A stretch of 64,000 nt of DNA from Macrostomum lignano. Its lineage: Eukaryota. The stretch covers positions 122,432 to 186,431 of the forward strand of contig NIVC01001637.1 of NCBI GenBank assembly GCA_002269645.1. Reading direction: 5' to 3'. Below the pieces are notes generated by a model that saw only the letters and a program-made list of their open reading frames with translations, made no database searches and was not told where the DNA came from. Shown here in pieces: positions 31,441 to 55,994 of the stretch; the stretch's first letter is position 1, and the number at the start of each line of letters is the position of its first letter. A program made the position numbers and the translations under genes.

Positions 31441-31860
31441 TTCTACACTTTCTCCCAACAATGGCCAGTAAAAACTAATAAAACCCTAAAAGGAAGCATG
31501 ACATTGATGCACGCAACATTGCATCAGTGTTGACTCTCGCCTTTCCTTGCCAAATTTTTTACGACTTCGGTGGCACCCTGAGGCCAAGCATCAAGTTTTT
31601 ATGACTGCCAACCAAGACGCCAAACTTTATGAATGCTCGGGTGGCAACAAAAAGTCCAAAAAAATTTACTATTTCTCTCTCACACTCATCCTTGGCCACG
31701 ACCTCGACAGGAATCCCCAAGGGACTACAGGGTCAGGGGCACCGGAGCTGTGTCTGCATTGAACCAAGTCTTCGCGCCAACACGCGGACGAACGAAAACT
31801 GAAGTTGATTTTTATCTACAACCGACCAGTCAGTCAGTTGCAACTTCTAACACAGAAAGA

Positions 31861-31895
<35 letters not shown>

Positions 31896-32017
31896 GCTCA
31901 TCTCAGTCCGACCCTGACCTAAGACAAAATTTATTTATTTTCATACGAGCGTACAATGGGAAAGAAATTGAAACAGTACAATTTGAACCAATCCTGTGGC
32001 AAGATTGTCGCCAGAAT

Positions 32018-32341
<324 letters not shown>

Positions 32342-32345
32342 TGAT

Positions 32346-32672
32346 CTAGTGTCTATCTAGATCGGTTCCAGTCCAGGTGACTATATTCAGCAGTCCCGGG
32401 CCAACCTCAACAGTGATTGCAGGGTTCGGGGCTGCAGCGCTGTGCTTCAGCAAAACGGGAAAACTGTAGAGGGAACAGAGAAAGAAGATCTTCAGCGGAC
32501 AACTTTTACCTTTTGATGTCAACTTTGCGTTTTTCTATTGCCTGTCTCTCCGCAACGTTTATTTTTGTTATTTTTAACCATCTGCTAGCTAACGCACCAT
32601 GCAGCGCTAAGTTCACATCGTCAGTTTCTGGAAAGGGAGGATCGGAGACTTCTAAAGCGGACTGAGGGGACC
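32346..32672 (-). CDS. Candidate two-exon coding fragment of unknown product
   Basis: Exon 32510-32672 (acceptor ccacttcctctcaag, donor gtaaaa) and exon 32346-32463 are separated by a 46-nt GT-AG intron with a pyrimidine tract. The phase is compatible and the frame stays open: GSPQSALEVSDPPFPETDDVNLALHGALASRWLKITKINVAERQAIEKRKVDIKSFPVLLKHSAAAPNPAITVEVGPGLLNIVTWTGTDLDRH*. No domain recognised. Confidence 0.33.
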
Positions 32673-32694
32673 CTTGAGAGGAAGTGGAGGGAAA

Positions 32695-34008
<1,314 letters not shown>

Positions 34009-34418
34009 GCACTCTGTACCCAACTAAAGCAGACAGCTGCAACAATTCAAGCGAACATGAGAAAGGGCATGGCTGGCAGGAGAGCCTGCAGTTATTGGCT
34101 GAGCCAGTCGCCATGCCAAGCCAATCACCCAGTCCTTTCTGATGTCTATTTTTCCCCAACTCTGCCCACTTGCATCAATTTCTAAACTCCCCTTGTTGCA
34201 CTGCTTTTCGGCAAGAGTGCCAAAGTTTGCGGACAAACTTGGTTTATTTGGCAACAGAAGTCAGGCTCGGTGGCTGAAGACTCAAGTGTAAAATCATCTG
34301 TACCTTAATCGGTAGCAGATCTTTTCTACAATCTTTACAATTTTTATTTAAACTTTGAATAATTTTCGAAAATATTTGGTAAGCGATCCATTTTAGTTCT
34401 TGACGAACTTGAAATATC

Positions 34419-34498
<80 letters not shown>

Positions 34499-34499
34499 A

Positions 34500-34553
<54 letters not shown>

Positions 34554-34555
34554 GA
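34419..34555. repeat. (ATTG)n microsatellite
   Basis: Direct inspection. Confidence 0.95.
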
Positions 34556-35594
34556 ATTGAAAACTGTAATAATTTGCTCACCAGCCTTTTCTGACACCTG
34601 TAGACGAATAACAGTTCAAAGGCCCATCAACAAGTCCCCCAGTCTCGCACACCAAGCCAGCCACTTCAGAAGACCCCCCCCCCCAGAGACGATCCAGAGT
34701 CTCTGAGTAGCTCAAAATTGGCCAACCCCAGGCCATCAGCGCACCCAGCCGATTTTCCCAATTGAATTTTCCTCAAACGCCTCCCCCAGCCCGATAGATT
34801 TATAATACCTTTATACTCGGCCAACTTCGAATAGTCCTATCTTCTAAAAGCAGGCATAAAAGATTTCTCTGCGGGACCATCTACAGAATTGCCTCGATTT
34901 GACTGGCGGTTTGCCCGTGAGCCCAGCTCGTCTCCTGGGAGGCTGGCGGTGGACCCTGCATCATTCGGGCAAACGGGCGGAGCCTGACTGATTCAATAAT
35001 GCCGCGAACTGAATGAGCTCGATCAGAGATGAAGATCTTCAGCAAGAGTCTGAAGATTGCTTCAACTTTTCCCCTGACTCTCAATTGCGCCAATTCTTTA
35101 CTCCCTCCCCCAATTGAGTAGTTCGTTTCAACTTGGACAAAATCCGGCGTTATTTAGTAAATTTCGATACATGTCGGGGACTGTCACATCTGTCAATTTA
35201 TAAATTTAGGGGCAATCTGGCACCTCTTCACTTGATGCCTCGGGTGCCAAAATCAATAGCTACACTTGGATGCTTAGTCAGTTGATACTGCAGTGCTCAG
35301 GTATCCGACTCTTGACTGTCCACCTACAGGTGTGAGCACAGGTGATAGCACTGCCAATAAGCCTCAAGAGTCTTGACTTGATGAGGCAATTGCTTACCAC
35401 TTCTACTTTGACTTTGCTCTTCTCCAGTGACAAGTGATACCACTTGTGGATTGAAGATATATGTAGCCTTCAATAATATTACTTACAATACATATCGGCT
35501 GGGCAACTTATTCTGTCTTCGCGATATATCAGGAATCACAATCTTAGGCACTAATATGCACCTAATGATCATGTCTATTTTATCATCCTGAAGT

Positions 35595-36245
35595 AGTATA
35601 TTCTAGTATCCCGAGGTATATTCTAGTATCCCGAGGTATATTCTAGCATCCTGAGGTATATTCTAGCATCCCGAGGTATATTCTAGCATCCTGAGGTATA
35701 TTCTAGCATCCCGAGGTACATTCTAGCATCCTGAGGTATATTCTAGCATCTTGAGGTATATTCTAGCATCCTGAGGTATATTCTAGCATCCCGAGGTATA
35801 TTCTAGCATCCTGAGGTATATTCTAGTATCCCGAGGTATATTCTAGTATCCCGAGGTATATTCTAGCATCCTGAGGTGTATTCTAGTATCTCGAGGTATA
35901 TTCTAGCATCCCGAGGTATATTCTAGCATCCTGAGGTATATTCTAGCATCCCGAGGTATATTCTAGCATCCTGAGGTATATTCTAGTATCCCGAGGTATA
36001 TTCTAGCATCCTGAGGTATATTCTAGCATCTTGAGGTATATTCTAACATCCTGAGGTGTATTCTAGCATCCTGAGGTATATTCTAGCATCCTGAGGTATA
36101 TTCTAGCATCCTAATGTATATTCTATTATCCCAAGGTATATTCTAGCATCCTAAGGTATATTCTAGCATCCCGAGGTATACTCTATTACCCTGATGAATA
36201 CTCTAGCATCTTGAGGTATATTCTAGCATCCTGAGGTGTATTCTA
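35595..36245. repeat. 20-bp minisatellite (gaggtatattctagcatcct)
   Basis: Direct inspection. Confidence 0.94.
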
Positions 36246-36829
36246 TAGCACCATCAGGTACACTCCAGCACCTTGTCTTGCACAATCTAATGCGTCATTG
36301 AATAATACACTTCTCAATGCCAAAACTTTTCCCAGTCGAGCCCAGTTCATATTGTCCACTCAAGTAAAACAAGCCATACGAGTATTCTGGAAAATATTTG
36401 CTCAAGGCGCCTATTGATAGACAATGGTCCCAATTATCTTAAAGTGCTGCTCAGAGGCCTCTTAAAAAGATTTTGCTGGTCAAAAATCCCAGCTTACCCT
36501 GTACGAGCTACAACTTCTCAATTATTAACGATATGCAAACACAAATTAGAGAAATGATGAGAGCTGCTCTCTGTTGGTGAGGGATGAAAGTTGAGAAGTT
36601 TCGGGTTTAGGAACAAACAGCTTCTACTCCATTTGGCCTGAGATGAGTCGCCTCTAATGGACCAGGTGGAAAGCATATGAAAAGTTTTCAGGATGAAATA
36701 GGAATCTGTTAGGAAGTAGAATAGAATAAATAGGACTAGATTGGATCTCATGAGAGATTATATCATGAGATATGATCTCATTTGAAACAATTCATGATCA
36801 AATATGAGAGTACCTAGAATCTCACTAGT

Positions 36830-37795
36830 ACAAATAGAATCTCATATGAGACTAGATTTAATCTCCTATGAGACTAGATATGAGACTAGATAGAAATCTC
36901 ACATGAGACTAGATAGAAACTGGAAAAAGACTAAAGATATAATCTCATATGAGACTAGATGAAATATCACATGAGACTAGATCAAATCTCATGAGTTTAG
37001 ATATAATCTCATGAAACTGGATCGAATCTCATATGAGACTACATAAAATCTCATGAGTTTGGATCGAATCTCATATGAGACAAGATAGAGTCTTATATGA
37101 GGCTAGATAGAATCTAATATGAGACTAGATGAAATCTTATATGAGACTAGATAGAATCTCATATGAGACTAGATGCAATCTAATATGAGACTAGATAAAA
37201 TATCACATGAGACTAGATCGAATCTCATATGAGACTACATGAAATCTCATGAGTTTGGATCGAATCTCATATGAGACTACATAAAATCTCATGAGTTTGG
37301 ATCGAATCTCACATGAGACTACATGAAATCTCATGAGTTTGGATCGAATCTCATATGAGACTACATGAAATCTCATGAGTTTGGATCGAATCTCATATGA
37401 GACTACATGAAATCTCATGAGTTTGGATCGAATCTCATATGAGACTACATGAAATCTCATGAGTTTGGATCGAATCTCATATGAGACTACATGAAATCTC
37501 ATGAGTTTGGATCGAATCTCATATGAGACTACATGAAATCTCATGATTTTGGATCGAATCTCATATGAGACTACATGAAATCTAATGAGTTTGGATCGAA
37601 TCTCATATGAGACTACATGAAATCTCATGATTTTGGATCGAATCTCATATGAGACTACATGAAATCTCATGAGTTTGGATCGAATCTCATATGAGACTAC
37701 ATGAAATCTCATGAGTTTGGATCGAATCTCACATGAGACTACAAGAAATCTCATGAGTTTGGATCGAATCTCACATGAGACTACATGAAATCTTA
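36830..37795. repeat. 42-bp dimeric minisatellite (atgagactacatgaaatctcatgagtttggatcgaatctcat), preceded by degenerate ~20-bp monomers
   Basis: Direct inspection; gives the 14-aa period of ORF 37203..37967. Confidence 0.9.
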
Positions 37796-38304
37796 GAATA
37801 TTGAGCAACAGATGCGCACAGAAGTTCTTTCGATTCCGTTTCAAATTGACGAGTTCGCAATTCGTCAATTTCCTTCTCGCGCCAACAAGCAGCACAAGAT
37901 AAGCATCGGATGGGAATGCCACGGCTGATAGGAGGCGAGCTGTCATGAGCAGGATGCAAAGGATCAAGGATGTGACAGCGCTACGATCCCCTTTAGCAAC
38001 TGGATGGGGCCAAAAATTCGTCAGAGATATTCCGAGTTGATTAACATCTGAACTGACATGTCGTGCCGTCTTGAGCCACTTTGTCTCGAGTGTTGTGTCG
38101 CCTTCACTTTTTTTTCTGCAATTCTGGCCTCACAAACAGTACTTTGGTCATCATAAAATACAGTAAGGAAGATTGGATCAGCAATATAAATTAGTTTCTG
38201 TACAGTTAGCTGTTCTCACTGATGATGTAAGCTGGTAATTTAATAACAGCTGTTCCATTGTAGGCCGGAATAGGGACTGAGAGGCATCTGGGCAGAAAAA
38301 CCAG

Positions 38305-39073
<769 letters not shown>

Positions 39074-39521
39074 CCTGCTCGTACGGTAATCTTTCACCCT
39101 TCGCTGCAAATCCATGAGGAGGGTTCTGGGATCCTTGCTTTTTGTGTCTGCTTTCATTGCCTATAAATTATGCTCCGGTCGTAGCAAAGTGAAAAAAATG
39201 CGCAGCAACATGTATTCATGCTACGCGCGAAGAAGCACGTGGCCCCCATTAATTTTGCCTTTGTTTTTTAGCTCGACCTTCGTAGATAAAGAGAATACTT
39301 CTTGCATACTCAGAAATTCTCTGCTTTAGCTTTTCTGAGCGGCTGTTGCCTTCATCTGCAGTCAGTGATGCAAATTAATCTAGCCGCCGTACCACTTTGG
39401 ATTATCAAAGGGCTTGGAAACCCGAGTGAAATGGAAGTTAGTTCCATATAAATCAGAAAACCGAGTTAGATTAATGTACTGCGATTCTGAAATTATTGAA
39501 TCAAACAACTAACTCACGCAC

Positions 39522-39727
39522 CAACAAACCAACCAACCAACCAACCAACCAACCAACCAACCAACCAACCAACCAACCAACCAACCAACCAACCAACCAA
39601 CCAACCAACCAACCAACCAACCAACCAACCAACCAACCAACCAACCAACCAACCAACCAACCAACCAACCAACCAACCATCCAACCAACCAACCAACCAA
39701 CCAACCAACCAACCAACCAACCAACCA
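39522..39727. repeat. (AACC)n microsatellite ending a few bases before the ATG at 39733
   Basis: Direct inspection. Confidence 0.97.
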
Positions 39728-39732
39728 GCAGA

Positions 39733-41103
39733 ATGCGTCTCTCCCAGCTGCTTCTGTTGTCCCTCCTGGCCACCCAGTGTCAAAGCAACTTCCTGCAGAG
39801 CCTGTTCTACTCGCGCACCTTGTACCACCTGGGCAGCTACAAAGAGGAGAGCCACTGCGACCTGGGCCTAGACTCGGGACTAACCGTGGACGGCTCCCTC
39901 AAGCTGACCACCGCGCCAGTTCCAGCCAGCTCGCGCGAGCTCAAAATCTGCCGCACCCGCCTCCTACCATTCGGCAATCTGGTCGTAAACCCGCATGGCA
40001 TCCGTTTCTGGTACCTGCGAGTCCGGATCACCCGCCTCATCGCTGGCCAGACTCTGTCCATTGTCACCTTCGACAAGGAGATACCCGAGTACACCGCAGT
40101 CAACAATGACCAACGCTTCGATTTGAGCCACTCGTCCGAGTTCCCGGCGATTTTCTATCTCAGGTATCGTTACCTGCGGTTCTACTGGCACAGCTCGCCC
40201 AAAGCGGACGCAAAGAACGTCGTGAATATCACGGTGTCGCCGTACGCTCTGTTCAACGACAGTTTGCCGTTGAAGAAGCGAAAGTTGCTCTGCTCGCGCT
40301 ACGGGCACGTCTGGTGCCCAGCAGCTCTCGTGTGCATCAACCCTGGCAGCTGCACCCTGCAGAATGACTGCTTCGACAGGTTCTCGGATGCAACCAAATG
40401 CCGGGACACAGTCTGGCTGGGCTCCAGCAACTCCAGCCTGATGGGCCCCGGCTCCGGAGGCACCTGGCTGTCCAAGAACCTGCCCTGGATTGCATTCTTC
40501 TCCGTGCCAACATTTCTGGTGTTCGCCCTGGCCAAGATCTGCTCGCAAAAGCGGGAGCTGGACATCGACGACGACTACGTGTACAAACTGAGCGGACCAG
40601 GTGACGACGCGGCGGAACTCGACGCGACAGCGGAGGTGGGTCAGCAGCCCTACGAGGACGAGCCAAGGATCTCAGTCAGTAGTCCTCGGTATTCCACACT
40701 CCAACTGCAGGTGGAGTCTGAAGAGCAGCAGCAGCAGCAGCAGCCACAGCAACAGCAACATCAGCAGGCTCATCAAAAAGCTACTCAGAAGTCCCGACCT
40801 CCGCCGCCTCCGCCTCCACCTCCGCCTCCAGCAGCGACGTCAGTCAGCCTCATGGACAATTCTTCAGCATCCGGCTTGGAACGCCGGAGCCCGGACGGCG
40901 CCGCCGCTGCTGCGGCCACCACCGAGGCCGACTCCCGAGAGTTCCGTCGTTCGCTGACTTCTTCGTCTTCGCCACCGCCACCGCCGCCTCCTCCGCGGCA
41001 CCATCAGAACCGTCAGCGCTCGGCAGCCGCTGGCAAAGCGAAGGCACCGCAACCTCCCAGTCAGCCGCATCAAAATCGACAGCCGCGTGTTGTTCCGGCT
41101 TAA
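39733..41103 (+). CDS. Type I membrane protein, 456 aa: signal peptide, degenerate CUB-like domain, one LDL-receptor class A module, TM, Gln/Pro-rich cytoplasmic tail
   Basis: ATG at 39733 gives [18 protein letters not shown] (signal peptide). A beta-rich region with one Cys pair follows ([29 protein letters not shown]). LDLa-like six-Cys module: [39 protein letters not shown]: [21 protein letters not shown]. Sequons NIT, NDS, NSS. AATAAA at 41103-41108. Confidence 0.85.
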
Positions 41104-41574
41104 ATAAATGTGATCATTCTAACAAAATAATTACGCTCGTAATTAAGCACGCCAAACTTCTGTGACGCATCGCGGCTACATGTAAATTCGGTTACTATAG
41201 CAACAGGAAATGACGAATTTTTGAATAGCAAGAGTCGCTGATCTTACAAACTATATTACATGCACATTGTAAACAATATTTACGAATATGTTTGTTTTAC
41301 GAACTTGAATGACTGACTTAAAGCGTTTAACAGGACATTACAGGCGGTGACCATGCAAGTGCATCAGAGTTTGTGTTACAGCATCATACAGCATCAGCAT
41401 CATACTATTAGCAGTCATCTATCTTAATTATAACTGTTGTATTGAGTGTTTGTACAATATAGCTGTGTAGTGTGGTGAGCCTTGTAAATGACTGTGCAAT
41501 AAATGTTGAAAATATTACGGAACATTATTGGCCTTTCTGTGCTCTATAGTGCCTGTTTTCAGACGAGGATTCCA

Positions 41575-42045
41575 ATGTAGATGATGAAGAACCAGGATGC
41601 TGAGGTATATAGATGAAGAACCAGGATGCTGAGCTGGTATATAGATGAAGAACCAGGATGCTGAGCTGGTATATAGATGATGAAGAACAAGGATGCTGTA
41701 GTAGATAGATGATAAAGAACCAGGATGCTGTAGTATATAGATGATGAAGAACCAGGATGCTGAGGTATATATATGATGAAGAACAAGGATACTGAAGTAG
41801 ATATATGATGAAGAACCAGGATGCTGAGTTATATAGATGATGAAGAACCAGAATGCTGAAGTATATGGATGATGAAGAACCAGGATGCTGAGTTATATAG
41901 ATGATGAAGAACCAGAATGCTGAGGTCGATAGATGATGAAGAACCAGGATGCTGAGGTATATAGATGATGAAGAACCAGGATGCTTAATTACGAGCGTAG
42001 ATAGATGATGAAGAACCAAGAAGATGCGGTATATAGATGATGAAG
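41575..42045. repeat. ~31-bp minisatellite (tagatgatgaagaaccaggatgctgaggtata)
   Basis: Direct inspection; unit length varies. Confidence 0.85.
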
Positions 42046-42499
42046 TGGTACAGAGACTGTCAAAAGATTAGACAGAGTCTTGGTGTCTCAGAAACTGCTG
42101 AATCAAGCTTGGCAAATTGATGTATTTCAGCTGTTGCAATTACGACCTTATGTCGGATTACTTACCAGTACAAATCAATTCTGCAGCTCGCATTATCGTC
42201 AGTTTCAATAGCACTGCTAATTACAGAAGAGGCATCGAAGTCTTTTAGAACAAAGCTAGTTAAGCCTGATTAATCGAACTTTACTCGTCCAATTTGATGC
42301 GAATCTACAAAGAGCCTTCTTCCCCCAAGATTCTAGCGATCGATATAGTTTGCTGTTCCCCAAGCAAACCGCTAATGTTCAGTCCTTTTATTTTATAAGT
42401 AAGAATCTGTCTATCCACTCTTCATCTGCTCTTCACCCTCTCAGCCCTACTCTTCTCATCATCCCGTATCTACTCATCACACTCTCAACTCTACTCTTC

Positions 42500-45400
42500 A
42501 CCCTCTCATATCCACTCTACACCCTCTCAACTCTACTTTTTACGTCCTCAACTCTAATCTTCACCCTCTCACCTCTACTCTTCACCCTCTCACCTCTACT
42601 CTTCACCCTTTCACCTCTAATCTTCACCCTCTCACCTCTACTCTTCACCATCTCACCTCTACTCTTCACCCTCTCACCTCTACTCTTCACCTTCTCAGCC
42701 CTACTCTTCACCCTCTCAGCCCTACTCTTCACCCTCTCAGCCCTACTCTTCACCCTTTCACCTCTACTCTTCACCCTCTCAGCCCTACTTTTCACCCTCT
42801 CAGCCCTACTCTTCACCCTCTCAGCCCTACTCTTCACCCTCTCAGCCCTACTCTTCACCCTCTCAGCCCTACTCTTCACCCTCTCAGCCCTACTCTTCAC
42901 CCTTTCACCTCTACTCTTCACCCTCTCAGCCCTACTCTTCACCCTCTCAGCCCTACTCTTCACCCTCTCACCTCTACTCTTCACCCTCTCAGCCCTACTC
43001 TTCACCCTCTCAGCCCTACTCTTCACCCTCTCACCTCTACTCTTCACCCTCTCAGCCCTACTCTTCACCCTCTCAGCCCTACTCTTCACCCTCTCAGCCC
43101 TACTCTTCACCCTCTCAGCCCTACTCTTCACCCTCTCAGCCCTACTCTTCACCCTCTCAGCCCTACTCTTCACCCTTTCACCTCTACTCTTCACCCTCTC
43201 AGCCCTACTCTTCACCCTCTCAGCCCTACTCTTCACCCTTTCACCTCTACTCTTCACCCTCTCAGCCCTACTCTTCACCCTCTCAGCCCTACTCTTCACC
43301 CTCTCACCTCTAATCTTCACCCTCTCACCTCTACTCTTCACCATCTCACCTCTACTCTTCACCCTCTCACCTCTACTCTTCACCCTCTCAGCCCTACTAT
43401 TCACCCTCTCAGCCCTACTCTTCACCCTTTCACCTCTACTCTTCACCCTCTCAGCCCTACTCTTCACCCTCTCAGCCCTACTCTTCACCCTTTCACCTCT
43501 ACTCTTCACCCTCTCAGCCCTACTCTTCACCCTCTGAGCCCTACTCTTCACCCTCTCACCTCTACTCTTCACCCTCTCAGCCCTACTCTTCACCCTCTCA
43601 GCCCTACTCTTCACCCTTTCACCTCTACTCTTCACCCTCTCAGCCCTACTCTTCACCCTCTCAGCCCTACTCTTCACCCTCTCAGCCCTACACTTCACCC
43701 TCTCAGCCCTACTCTTCACCCTCTCAGCCCTACTCTTCACCCTTTCACCTCTACTCTTCACTCTCTCAGCCCTACTCTTCACCCTCTCAGCCCTACTCTT
43801 CACCCTTTCACCTCTACTCTTCACCCTCTCACCTCTACTCTTCACCCTCTCAGCCCTACTCTTCACCCTCTCAGCCCTACTCTTCACCCTCTCAGCCCTA
43901 CTCTTCACCCTTTCACCTCTACTCTTCACCCTCTCAGCCCTACTCTTCACCCTCTCAGCCCTACACTTCACCCTCTCAGCCCTACTCTTCACCCTCTCAG
44001 CCCTACTCTTCACCCTCTCACCTCTACTCTTCACCCTCTCAGCCCTACTCTTCACCCTCTCAGCACTACTCTTCACCCTTTCACCTCTACTCTTCACCCT
44101 CTCAGCCCTACTCTTCACCCTCTCAGCCCTACTCTTCACCCTCTCAGCCCTACTCTTCACCCTCTCAGCCCTACTCTTCACCCTCTCAGCCCTACTCTTC
44201 ACCCTTTCACCTCTACTCTTCACCCTCTCAGCCCTACTCTTCACCCTCTCAGCCCTACTCTTCACCCTTTCACCTCTACTCTTCACCCTCTCAGCCCTAC
44301 TCTTCACCCTCTCACCTCTACTCTTCACCCTCTCACCTCTAATCTTCACCCTCTCACCTCTACTCTTCACCATCTCACCTCTACTCTTCACCCTCTCACC
44401 TCTACTCTTCACCCTCTCAGCCCTACTCTTCACCCTCTCTGCCCTACTCTTCACCCTTTCACCTCTACTCTTCACCCTCTCAGCCCTACTCTTCACCCTC
44501 TCAGCCCTACTCTTCACCCTTTCACCTCTACTCTTCACCCTCTCAGCCCTACTCTTCACCCTCTCAGCCCTACTCTTCACCCTCTCAGCCCTACTCTTCA
44601 CCCTCTCAGCCCTACTCTTCACCCTCTCAGCCCTACTCTTCACCCTTTCACCTCTACTCTTCACCCTCTCAGCCCTACTCTTCACCCTCTCAGCCCTACT
44701 CTTCACCCTCTCAGCCCTACTCTTCACCCTCTCAGCCCTACTCTTCACCCTCTCAGCCCTACTCTTCACCCTTTCACCTCTACTCTTCACCCTCTCAGCC
44801 CTACTCTTCACCCTCTCAGCCCTACTATTCACCCTCTCAGCCCTACTCTTCACCCTTTCACCTCTACTCTTCACCCTCTCAGCCCTACTCTTCACCCTCT
44901 CAGCCCTACTCTTCACCCTTTCACCTCTACTCTTCACCCTCTCAGCCCTACTCTTCACCCTCTGAGCCCTACTCTTCACCCTCTCACCTCTACTCTTCAC
45001 CCTCTCAGCCCTACTCTTCACCCTCTCAGCCCTACTCTTCACCCTTTCACCTCTACTCTTCACCCTTTCACCTCTACTCTTCACCCTCTCAGCCCTACTC
45101 TTCACCCTCTCAGCCCTACACTTCACCCTCTCAGCCCTACTCTTCACCCTCTCAGCCCTACTCTTCACCCTCTCACCTCTACTCTTCACCCTCTCAGCCC
45201 TACTCTTCACCCTCTCAGCACTACTCTTCACCCTTTCACCTCTACTCTTCACCCTCTCAGCCCTACTCTTCACCCTCTCAGCCCTACTCTTCACCCTCTC
45301 AGCCCTACTCTTCACCCTCTCAGCCCTACTCTTCACCCTCTCAGCCCTACTCTTCACCCTTTCACCTCTACTCTTCACCCTCTCAGCCCTACTCTTCACC

Positions 45401-46320
45401 CTCTCAGCCCTACTCTTCACCCTTTCACCTCTACTCTTCACCCTCTCAGCCCTACTCTTCACCCTCTCACCTCTACTCTTCACCCTCTCACCTCTAATCT
45501 TCACCCTCTCACCTCTACTCTTCACCATCTCACCTCTACTCTTCACCCTCTCACCTCTACTCTTCACCCTCTCAGCCCTACTCTTCACCCTCTCTGCCCT
45601 ACTCTTCACCCTTTCACCTCTACTCTTCACCCTCTCAGCCCTACTCTTCACCCTCTCAGCCCTACTCTTCACCCTTTCACCTCTACTCTTCACCCTCTCA
45701 GCCCTACTCTTCACCCTCTCAGCCCTACTCTTCACCCTCTCAGCCCTACTCTTCACCCTCTCAGCCCTACTCTTCACCCTCTCAGCCCTACTCTTCACCC
45801 TTTCACCTCTACTCTTCACCCTCTCAGCCCTACTCTTCACCCTCTCAGCCCTACTCTTCACCCTCTCAGCCCTACTCTTCACCCTCTCAGCCCTACTCTT
45901 CACCCTCTCAGCCCTACTCTTCACCCTTTCACCTCTACTCTTCACCCTCTCAGCCCTACTCTTCACCCTCTCAGCCCTACTCTTCACCCTTTCACCTCTA
46001 CTCTTCACCCTCTCACCTCTACTCTTCACCCTCTCAGCCCTACTCTTCACCCTCTCAGCCCTACTCTTCACCCTTTCACCTCTACTCTTCACCCTCTCAC
46101 CTCTACTCTTCACCCTCTCGGCCCTACTCTTCACCCTCTCAGCCCTACTCTTCACCCTCTCAGCCCTACTCTTCACCCTTTCACCTCTACTCTTCACCCT
46201 CTCAGCCCTACTCTTCACCCTCTCAGCCCTACTCTTCACCCTCTCAGCCCTACTCTTCACCCTCTCAGCCCTACTCTTCACCCTTTCACCTCTACTCTTC
46301 ACCTTCTCATCTCTACTTCT
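42500..46320. repeat. 21-bp satellite (ctctcagccctactcttcacc), about 3.8 kb, with a 1155-bp higher-order duplication
   Basis: Rare variants recur 1155 bp (55 units) apart: cagcac at 44061 and 45216; ctctg at 44441 and 45596. Confidence 0.96.
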
Positions 46321-46622
46321 CACCATGCCATCTTTGATCGCCACTTCATTCCATTTAATCCTCTTCACCTTTCCCCAACTAAAAAATTGTAAAAACATTC
46401 AATTTTCCATACACTGTTTTACACTACCAAAAGTTTTACACTACTAAAAGTAGCATACTAGGAAAGAAGTAGTGGAAATATAAAAAACAGCTAGCTAGCC
46501 TAAATTCAAACAGCATTTGATTGGTCGAACAGTCCAGTATAAGAAAGCATAAAACAGAAAAACCTCTTCACAGAAGACGCTTACAGATTTTCCCTCGGGT
46601 TGATTAAATTTGTCAAACAAAA

Positions 46623-55682
<9,060 letters not shown>

Positions 55683-55988
55683 CTGGCAGACTGGGCTTGA
55701 CTATTCATAGTTGAAATTTTGAACCATTTTTTCCGGCTTTATTACGAAGTTGCAATTATAAGCTGTCGCATGCATGTTTGACTCTACGTTAGGGTCCCAT
55801 TTATTTAGCGAATTTAAAACCTGCCATTTGACTAGAGATTCAACGCATCAGTGCATAACCGTAAATTCCCAAGACATATCAAGTTTCTGGTTGTCTCCAG
55901 CCCAGCTTTTTTATAAGTTTGCATTCGCCGCCTACTTAGAACATAGCCTCACTGACTTTAAAGAACAAATATTGAGATTGCGATGAAG

Positions 55989-55994
55989 AATAAA
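55989..55994 (+). promoter_or_regulatory. Candidate polyadenylation signal for the nAChR-like gene
   Basis: AATAAA about 300 nt after the TGA at 55680-55682. Confidence 0.35.

Noticed and set aside
36499-36706. Exon-like segment with strong minus-strand splice sites
   Set aside because: All three frames contain stops and no domain is recognisable.
37800-38110. Possible retroelement RT C-terminal remnant (HILDPLHPAH)
   Set aside because: A single short motif, too weak to call.
42517-46398. 1293-aa ATG-initiated basic ORF (RVKSRAE)n, divergent from the nAChR-like gene
   Set aside because: A 21-bp unit with no stop in one frame stays open automatically. There is no unique coding domain or splice evidence, so it is treated as satellite unless RNA or peptide data appear.
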